A program made the translations under genes and the position numbers. Under the pieces are notes generated by a model that was not told where the DNA came from, did not search any database, and worked only from the letters and a program-made list of their open reading frames with translations. This document shows, in pieces, positions 54,066-64,000 of a stretch of DNA of 64,000 nt. Origin of the DNA: Paramecium tetraurelia (taxonomy: Eukaryota); contig CT868674.1 in NCBI GenBank assembly GCA_000165425.1, positions 248,001 to 312,000 of the forward strand, in the 5' to 3' direction. Every line of letters starts with the position of its first letter. Within the stretch, counting starts at the first letter, position 1.

Positions 54066-57000
54066 TCATTTAATTTCAATATTCTTGTCCTCCTTCTACA
54101 TATTTAATTATTCCTGCAATAACTAGCATTCTTCAACTAAGTGAAACTAAAACATATAATGGATAAACTTACAATTTATTGCTGGCATTTCTTATGTACA
54201 TCTTCATCCTAAATTTAACTAATGTTATCAAAAAATGAGTCATCTCCATATAAGATTTCCTGTCTTAATGAAAAATTCAAAATATTTAAACTATGTTGCT
54301 CTGACTGATCTTAATCCAAATCATTAAAACTCATTCTCTGAGGCAAGTTTTATTTCATCTCCTATATTTATTAAACTAACTTCTTGCATTCCATCTCGTA
54401 ATACATAGCTTTTTACTAAACAAATAAATGAATACAATTACTTCTGATTTATCGACAATCTATTAATATTGTTATAAATTGAATTTTGTGTCATCAATGC
54501 ATTTTTATTATTTTTCTGCTTACAATAACTTATTCTATATTTCCCCAATCTTCTTTCTATATTCATTAACATTTTGTCTTTGTTGCTCTGTCAATAAGGA
54601 TTTCATAGATTGCATAGTCAAATTAACTCTATTATGTAAGAATTCTTGCATAAGTCCATCCAATAATTACGAATAAGCCTCTATTGATTTTACATCCTAT
54701 ACATTATTGCTTTACTTCTTCTATTCACTCTACTTCAACTCCTTAATTTTCATGAGAATATCACCTTCTCCTTCGAATTCATTTTGTATTTTCTTATATT
54801 TATCTCGAACATCAATTAATCCAACTATTTAATTACTAATCACCTATATCTACTTTTCAACATCTTCTTCTTCATCCTCTGTCAATAATTCAGAATATAA
54901 TTAAAATATCAATGTTGAATATTAAGATTACTTGTCTAATAATTCTTAAAATTCATTCTTTATTTAAGTTAATGCATTTATAACATTCTCCTCACTTACC
55001 TCCTAAATAGATAACTCCTATTATAAAATCTAATTAATTTTGTTCTATTCCTAATTTTCAATTCGATTCTTCTCCCCAATCTCAAAAATCTTTAATCTAT
55101 ATTCATTCTCCCTCCTTCTCACTTCTTCTATTAAATCAGTATTCTCCTCTTGTAATTCACTCAATCTCATGACCAATTCCCTATTTTAATTTCCAAGTTC
55201 ATTTATTTAACTCTCCAATTCCTACTTCTGATTCTCTGCTGTCAAATCACAATTTTATACTTAAATATTTTTAATTTCTAAGTCTTATTAAATTTTCTCA
55301 ATATTTGTTCTCATTTAATGAATCTTCAAATTCAATTATGACTTTTCTTCCATTATCATAGTCAGTTATTCGTTTAATTGCAATACTTATTACTAATATT
55401 ATTCAATTAAAATGCCTTATTCTTATGTCTCTTTCTCTTTAGATAATAATTAATCATTCAATTATTGATAAGTTATTTATTGATTTTTTAGGGTTTCAAC
55501 CAAATTTACATTCTTCTATTACAATTCCTCTGTTACTTTTTCCTTCTCAGCTTACATGGATTGTATTAACTGTTTTAATTCAGTTTATTCCTAATTTGAT
55601 TAACTTAAATTAATTAGTTTTTCATCAAATTCTTGCTCCAATTTCTCCTGTAACTTTTTTTGGTTACTTAATATTTAAATTTGATTTTAAATTTCTTAAT
55701 CTCGATCTTTTAATAGATTAAACATATTATCTATTTCTATTTATTTCAGTTTATTTTCATCATTTATGTTGTCAATAGCCTCCTATTTTTAATCCACTGA
55801 ATTATGGAGATCTTTTATTTAATTTTCTTTCTTTTTTATATCTTCTTGCAATATTTCTATTTGTTTCAATTGTTCTGCATTTTTATTTTATAAATCCGAG
55901 AACTAATTTTTTATTCCATTTAACTCATTATAATTGTTCTCTAATTGTTATTATTACTTTTTAACTAAATCTTATTATTGCAAAACCATTTCACTTAACT
56001 ATAAATTCATTTAGCTTTCAAGATCTTTCACTTATATCTGTAGTTGAGCTATTAATTTGTTTTATTCTTCAATCTTCTAATTTAAGTTACTTATTGTTTT
56101 TGAATTTAATTCTGATTATCCAAATATTTATTATTATAAATCTTAATTTTAATCTTTATAAAGACTCACTTCTTTGGAAATCAACATCAATTTTCCATTC
56201 AATTCTTCATTATCTAATAGTTTTTCATTTAATAACTTATCAATTTAATCAACTTCATTTTATTTTTATTTTAATTATTCTTTTAATTGTAATACTTCTT
56301 GTTCTTTTATTTATTCTTCATTAATCATTTTAAGTTAGTCTTATTCTATTTAATTTCTCTTTTCATTTATTTATTTGAATTGATCATTTAATTTACCAAT
56401 TTCAGATTTATAATTAATTTCTATTGTTCTAATTTTTTCATCCTTCAATTAAAGTTATTCTTTCCATTTCTACTATTCATTTTAAGATTCCTATTAAAGT
56501 GTTTCTAACTATTGAATTAATTACCTATATAATTGTTGATTGGATGATGACTATGAGTAAATATCTTTATTTTTTTATTCTAATAAAGCTATTTTGTTTT
56601 CGGAAGTTGAGAGCTACTCAAGTAAACCCTACTTCTCTTCCTCTTTCTTCTAAATTTATTATTACATTTATTAATTAATTTGATTCAACAAATTTTCTTT
56701 TTATTATAGCTCTAAATCTAAGTTGTCCTAATTATTTTTGATCTAATTTTAATGCTATTCAATAACTTTTTCATATTATTCTTTTTATTATTAAAGTTAG
56801 TTCTACAAATCTTAGATTTAATAACTAATTTCTAGTAATTTAGATTCTTTTTCTTAATTGTTTTATTCTTAAACTTATTACAATTAATTTTGCATTTGTT
56901 ATAATAATGTTTCATGCTGTTCCTATTCATTTAATAACTAAGATTTCAAATTCTCTATAGTTTATTATTATTGCTAGATATTATTGTTAAGTTGTGTTGA

Positions 57001-59877
57001 TTCCAATTTCAATTATTCAAGTTGATTCTAAGTTGCACTTAAAGCTTGATATAATTATTCTGTTGACATATTCTTTTCCATTAACTTTTTATCAAGGACT
57101 TCAAGATTAGATTTTAATTAGTTTATTAGAGCTGTTTGATCTTATATTGTTTTATTCAATTCTGATTGGTTTTATTTGTTGATATTGTCCTATTGTTCTA
57201 CGTATTTCTTATATTTTGAGCATTCTTGTTATGCATCATGATATAATAATTATTAATTTTAGATCAATTCCTATTGATCAAGCACAACTTACTTTGTCTA
57301 ATTCAATTCTAATGCTTACAATTCATACTAATCTTTTATTGATTGCATTGATTCACTATTATTTTATAATAATGTCTCATTCTCTAAATTGGCTCTCTAT
57401 AATTATATTTATGATTCATTTAATAGTTTCTTTTATTCACCAATAATCATTTAATTTTATTCATTTAGTCTTTCAAAAGATTATAATTTCTATTATAATA
57501 TTTCTTATGATTATTTGTGTTAATCTTGCAAAATCTTAACTTACTTTTAATGATCATTAGTTTATTTAAGTAATTCTTTTTTGAGTTTGGAGATACTTTC
57601 CTCTTAGTTTCTTCTTTCATTTTCAGTTTATTAATATTTCTCAGATAGATCTTTAATTTCATTCAATTAATTTTCAGATAATTTAATGAATTCGTTAATC
57701 TTTTGTTCATACTATTCTTAATTCTTTTGGTAATCTTTTTTCATCAGTTTAATTGTATCTTAATCTTATTGCTGTTGAGAATAAAATTCAATATTTTATG
57801 ATTAAATAGCTTTGTATTCTTCCTCCAATGCACTATGCTCAATTTCTTTATTTGAAATGATTTCTTACAATTTTTTAAGCTTCTCTTAAAATAATAGATT
57901 GTCTTTGTTAATTTTATCCTTTAGTATCTGTTCAGCTTCTGTTAGTAAGGATATCTAATTATCTGATTACTCTATTTGGCTGTGAAGATCAATAATTAAT
58001 TAATGCAGTCTTGTAATTTCTGATTTATTCTATTCGATTATTGTTAATTGACTTTCTTCTTATTAAGATGATTTCAATTAGTTTTATAAAATAACTTAAT
58101 TCAATCTTTCGATTTCTTTTTTTAATTAACTAATTTATGTTTGTTATTCATTGTATGTCAACTTGAGTTCTTATGATTTAGTGATGTCTTCTTTTAGTTT
58201 TTTAGTTTATTCATTTAGATTTAAAATTTCCTATTGTTTATTTTATAATGCAGATACACTGATTTAGGTTTATCTGTTAAATTCATTCTATAGGCTTTCG
58301 CTCTTAAGCAATAATTCCTTATTAGTGTTAGAAAGTTGATCATGAAGTTCTTTATAATTTTTGAGCTGCAATTCGTAATTTTAAAATTCTAACTTATATT
58401 TACTTTATATTTCTTCTATCTATTGCTTGGCTTTAATATGAGTGTTATTTAATTCTTTATTAATTATTAATATTTCCTCAGATTGGTTGAATAATTTATC
58501 ATTAATGGCATCAAGTAACCCCTTAAAATCATTTTATTTATGGACTATCTTATTATTTTGGATGATCTCTTTCAATCTCATTACAAGAGTTTCTTGAAAT
58601 TATTAAAACTCATATTATTCAGATTCTCTTTAATTAATGATTTCCTAGATTTCACCTAATTATTTCAGCCATTTTGCTATGCTATCACCAATAACTCCTT
58701 AAAATTAATAAGCGTCTTGGAATTTTAATGCTGAGTGGTGACCAATCTTATTTAAATATTAATAATAAGATTTAATATTAGTTTCTAATTCAGATATAGC
58801 TTATCGAAGAGTAGAAATCTATTTTTAACATGTTAAATCAATTTCTAGAAACTTCTTCCATAAATCTTGATTATTCTCACAGATTTGAGCAGAATATTTG
58901 AGAATCTCCTCCTTTTATTCACACATATGCTTAAAGGATTCTTTGTAATAGAGATGAGTAGTTACTTAATGAATTTTGGATGAGAGTGCTCTTCTCATTT
59001 TCGATGTCTCCATTCAAACTATTGTTCTTTGATAGATTTTCAATAGCCTCATAATTCTTCTAATCTAGATCCTTAATTAAAGATAATAACAAGGGTTCAT
59101 AGGTTTCTGGGAAATTTTCTTTGTTTTTTGGATACGCCCCATTTAATATTTCATTCAATTCATTCTTTTTGGAGAAAGATGTTTTGGCACTTTTCTTACC
59201 TGATTTATACAATTCCAATTCCTTTTCACTCTTGTCTAATAACTAATACAATTTCTTGATGCACACTTTTCTACTCTAAAAATAATATTAATGTAATTTA
59301 ATTACTTCTGCTTTCTTTTCGGCTTTCTGCAATTACATCTTTAATTATGCCAGATTGGATAGAGATTGTGAATTGATGTTATCACTGACTCTTTTTCTTA
59401 AGGTATCATTTTCTTATTTGATCTTTTCTAATTGCACAGCTAATGAATCAGCAGATTCTAAGACATCCTACTAATCGATGAAATAATTACCAATCTCATT
59501 TCCACTTATGTTCTAATTTACATATAGGTTCGAATGATCTTATCATCAGTGTTATTTTCAATTGCATTGTTTGCTGCTCTAATTAAATTAAAAATTAAGC
59601 CAGGTTCTCTGGGAGATTATAATTTTAACTAAGGTGAAAGAGGTAGCTTTTTTTAACTTCCTGGTGATGATATACTCATCAGATCGACTTTCTTTTATTC
59701 GCATTATTTAAATTTATATTTTTCTCTACTTTGACTCTATTATCTAGGTCTTTGTCCAATTTATAGAGAAGACCTTGCAGTTAATTCATAAACTGAAAGG
59801 AGAAGATCTGCATTATTTTAATTGTTATTTCGCCTAATTTATTCAGTGGTTTACCTTTACTCAAGAGTTCGTTGCAT
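54066..59877 (-). CDS. Giant Q/E/K-rich coiled-coil protein (~1,850 aa)
   Basis: Long heptad-rich ciliate-code frame with several tiny introns; ends EDKNIEIK-TGA. Internal structure only spot-checked. Confidence 0.65.
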
Positions 59878-59972
59878 TTTATGTTTTGAATTCAAAAATA
59901 TTAATTATATACAATACTTGTTAAAATAAAAATTAACTATATTTGTTTGAATATTCAATGAAAATGTAAAAA

Positions 59973-62900
59973 TCATTTGATGAACTATTAAAAGTACTTC
60001 TATTTCTCCTATCCCTATAATTCAGCCATGAATTCATCGAACTGTTCTACTTTCTATAATAAAGTTTCTTCATCTATTTCACTCTCCTATGATTTCTTAT
60101 ACATCTCCTAAATCTCCTAAGCCAATGTGCAATTCTTTATGAATTTCTCTAGTTTCTCTTAATATTTATTCCTATAAAAGGCATCCTTATTTTTATTATT
60201 GGCTTTTAAAGAAATAGCAATAAACTTCAAAACCGTCTCTTTACAAGATAAAGTAGGATATTTGGGTTTCTAATATCCTAATTGAGCCAAAACTCTTATG
60301 ATAATGTTCTTTAGATGTAATTCCAAATAAGATGTGCAGTCACCTCTTTTCGCCACCTTCTTTGCAATATTCTACAATTTATATCTATATTTAATATACC
60401 TTGACAGCCTATAATTCTCCCAATTACATTTTATCAGGTAATCTGGCATGCTTGTATCTCTAAGGATTCATTTCAAATAATTGCATGTTATGTGCATTAG
60501 CAAATATCAATTGTTAATTCTTATGGACAATCACTAAGTTACTTAGTCCCTTCACTAAATTGTTGTTAATCAATTCAACTGGACAATGACCTAAATGTAT
60601 TAATGATTAGATAATACCTTTATATTCTGGATATGGATCGAATTTATCTCCAACAGTTAGTTATCTTGGTATCTTATATTTTTCAATTGAATTATTGCAA
60701 TAATGAGTGGGATTCTTGATAAAATCTTATTCAGTATCTTCACTTGATAAGAAGAATAATTAATCATCATAAAACAATAGATATGGACTTCTTAACTAAC
60801 TGGCCATATAATTCTTTTTAGCTTTTATTAACACAGGACAATAATTGTACAATGGACTTAATTTTTGAATGATTTATTCTTCAGTCAAAGTCAATGAACT
60901 TACTCTTACTGGCTCCTATGTAATTAATGCTCTGGCCACCAAAGCTCGAGAATATAAACTCGCTTAGATGCACTTAGTACATAATGAGATCATTCCCCAA
61001 CTGGATACTTATCCAACTTACAGATATCTCACATTATTGAAATGTGATTAATAATATGCTGCTAATAATGAAGTTTGATTGGCTTATAATCTTTAATGAA
61101 CAACGTGATCAATACCACCAAATTTTGGATTTAATTTACGAATTACATATTCATCATCCTTATCACAAACAAATACCACTGTTGGAATGATACCTACCTT
61201 TGATAATGCTAAAGCCTCATCAATGGTTCTTGGATATCCATCTAAAATGTAGCCTTAATTGTAAATATCAGCCAATTAAATTCTTTTTTGGATAATTTAA
61301 ATAATGGATTAGGTATCAACCTCCTTGCCTTCTTTCAATTAATTTTTGATGTTTACAGCCAATAAATCAGTTTAATTAGTAACAAATTCAGCCAGTAGAT
61401 GAGATACTTTGACTCTTGCTAATTTAAGTTTTTCACTTAACAATCTAACAATCTCTGTTTTTCCTGACTTAACCTTTCCTAAAATGAATATAGTAGGTTT
61501 GATTTAAACATCAGAAGGAACTGTAGGCTTATAAAAGTATTTGTAAGGTCTTTAACATACTTATTCTCTTTATTCCTCATTATCAAGATAGTAAATTCTA
61601 TTTCTATATAAAACTGGATAATCTCTGCAATGAGGAACATTTTATAAGGTAATAGCATTTCTATTTCCATATTTAGATTATTTATGAGTGTATAATTTTT
61701 CATAGGTATCTAACTTATTTAATTTATAATTTGTTGGATCTGGATATAAATTTAATTTTTAACATTATTCTTTTTCTAACATATTTTCTCTATATTCTCT
61801 GTCCATAACATTTTCTAATTAAGATGTAATTCTTTCTGTGACATTTTCAATATTAGTATCAGTACTGAGGATTACTGCATTGATTTTTAAATCTTCAAAT
61901 TATTTTTATAATTCTTCAATTTTAGCCACATCTGCTTCATATTACAATTATAATTTATCTTTCTATTCTTTTATCATATCATCTAATTTAGGTGCTTCTG
62001 GATCTTCTTCTTCACCTTGAGGTGCATCCAAAGATGGCAACTCTTCTGCTCCTTCTTCAATAGCCTTATTTCTTGCCTCCACTCTTTCTTAATACCTTTT
62101 CTATCTTAACTCTTCCATTTTCGTCTAATATTCATCTTCAATAACTTTCTAATTGAAATTTCGTTTAAAGAAGTTTTCTTATTCTACTTTTAATAAAATA
62201 ACATATTCAGGTAATTTTTTGGCTTCAACCAATAAATCAACAATTGGAGTTGAAACAATCTCTTCTGAAACATCAAAGAAATTAGCATTAATAATAACAC
62301 CAGCACAATCTAAGATTTTATTTAATACTTCAATTTCATGAGCTTTGCGATCGAAATCAGCAGGATCTTCAGTGATTTCAGCATCTGGAATTTCTTTACC
62401 CTCAGCATCTAATTCCTTAGGTTTAAATCCTTTCAAGTAATATCTATTCAATTATCTATTCTTTTTATTAATTTCTAAATTTTAAATTAAATTAGCTTTC
62501 AAATCTAAAACTGGTAACTTATATAATCTATTCAATATTTTCAATTGAGTTCGCAACCCACTTCCTCTTACACCAATAAACATAATTCTTGGTTGTGGTA
62601 TTGTAATTTATGATGGAACATACAATTAGACATTATCTTTGAATATTTATTATTCTTTCTCTCCATAAAATCTATATACCCTCCCTCTAACTAAAGCAAT
62701 AATTTCTTCCTTTCCTGGTACTAACCAATTGGTTTTTTATAATGTAACAGGACAATAATTAGCATAATCACCATAAGGAATAGGTTCTTCCCCCTCTTAT
62801 ACATCTGCTGGTACTCTCACTAGGCTTTCATCATCAGCTCGAATATAAAATGGGTCCAAAGCTAAACGTACTCTAGACCAGACTTCCTCTTTTGTTCCAT

Positions 62901-64000
62901 CAATAGGTACTTCTTTAACATTCTCTTCTTAATAAGCTTCTTTTAACAATGCAGACAAAGCATTGACTTAAGTTAATTCTTATTCAATTAAAAGGTCAGG
63001 ATTACGTTATAATAATAATTATCCTGCTTCTTCTGATCTATCTTAAAGCATTAGAATCTTATCTATTTTAATTCCCCATAGATTCAATTAATCAATTTAT
63101 TCCTATGTTTATGGATACCCAATGATCACAATCCCTTTTGGTTTAGATGTTTCAGGGACTTTCAATTCATTATCCAATAATGGTATGATCTCTTTAGTTG
63201 GTACATCTTCAGGAGGTGGAGTGACTGGTTTAACATTCTCTTCCACAACCTCAACTACTTCTTCCTTCTTCTTCTTTGCTTATTACTTTTTAGCTTCCTT
63301 CTTTTTCTTCTCTTCATCCTCTTCAGGTGGTTGTTCTTCCTCTTCCTTCTTTGGTTCTCCCCATCCTGGAGGTTTCCTTTGTAATGGTATATTTAAATAA
63401 TTTAACACCATAGGTAATACATCTTTAATAGCATTTCCTTTATAGAACTCTTTCCATTCAGCTTCTGTTAAATGAATATCATTTACTCTTGGATCAAATG
63501 TAGATGCTAAATGTTTGGTTCTTTCTTGTTAAGCCTAAACCTTCTTTCTCACAATATCTTCAACATCTACTAATGTCCAGCCATAATACTCAGCTAATTA
63601 ACTGGCTACAGTATTCTTGCCTGAGCACTTAGGACCTTATACCGATACAATGTAAGTTTTAGGCAATTATGGAGGTTTACATAAATATTTTCTAGGATAA
63701 TTGATGAATTTATTTTAATTTTCTTCATTATCAAACAAAAACACTCTGCCAGCATATTCACAAGCGAATTCTGCCTTGCCTGGAATAATCTTGTCTTTTA
63801 ACACTAATTCAACTGCATCAACCTATTACCATTATGACCACATTCTGTAAACCTTTTCATCAGTTAAATTCAATCCTAACAAATCCTTTTCAGAACCACC
63901 CTCTAATTTAACAGCTAATGGTCTTAAGGGTTACCCTTTCAAAATTTAGGCAGATACACGATCAACTAATTATTAAGTTGTCAAACCAGCAGATTGGAGT
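59973..64000 (-). CDS. AK9: Adenylate kinase 9-like multidomain protein, 5' end outside the window
   Basis: Repeated P-loops (GPKCSGKNT, GVRGSGLRT, GKVKSGKT), GYILDGYPRT, YHS-like YCPV..Y....F..NP..Y modules, and the AK9 C-terminus YLE......KPKYP.LS..ET.LKFIA..LKANN. Confidence 0.88.

Noticed and set aside
58941..58965. Apparent frame break in the giant coiled-coil gene
   Set aside because: Resolved by an ordinary 25-nt GTA..AAG intron.

Overview
Gene-dense, very AT-rich ciliate macronuclear DNA, almost certainly Paramecium. TAA and TAG read as Gln, TGA is the only stop, introns are 20-30 nt GT..AG, and there is a near-canonical ICL1 centrin. The supplied standard-code ORF track therefore fragments every gene, so I re-translated by hand with the ciliate code. 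About 30 genes are present, including: a Cys-rich surface protein, a DUF4485/CEP112-N protein, PKG directly followed by a class I PDE, an STPG/SHIPPO-repeat protein, a Deltex-like RING-DTC ligase with a (TAA)n poly-Gln, a VPS9 GEF, copine, an SLC18B1-like MFS, PDK1, ICL1, a B-box+PHR-like protein, a Cys-type GST, Sly1, thiolase, a FAD monooxygenase, a WD40 protein, Piezo, a P-loop GTPase-Hsp20 fusion, a KH protein, a giant coiled-coil protein and AK9. Most notable: (1) four apparent +1 frameshifts in otherwise intact conserved genes between 37 and 47 kb (most likely assembly errors, recoding not excluded); (2) the GTPase-alpha-crystallin fusion; (3) a candidate snoRNA-like hairpin in the Sly1/thiolase divergent promoter; (4) an ATGA stop/start overlap in a tightly packed three-gene run; (5) a PKG-PDE tandem whose PDE has Glu at the invariant Gln. 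All calls are manual motif recognition; no searches were run.
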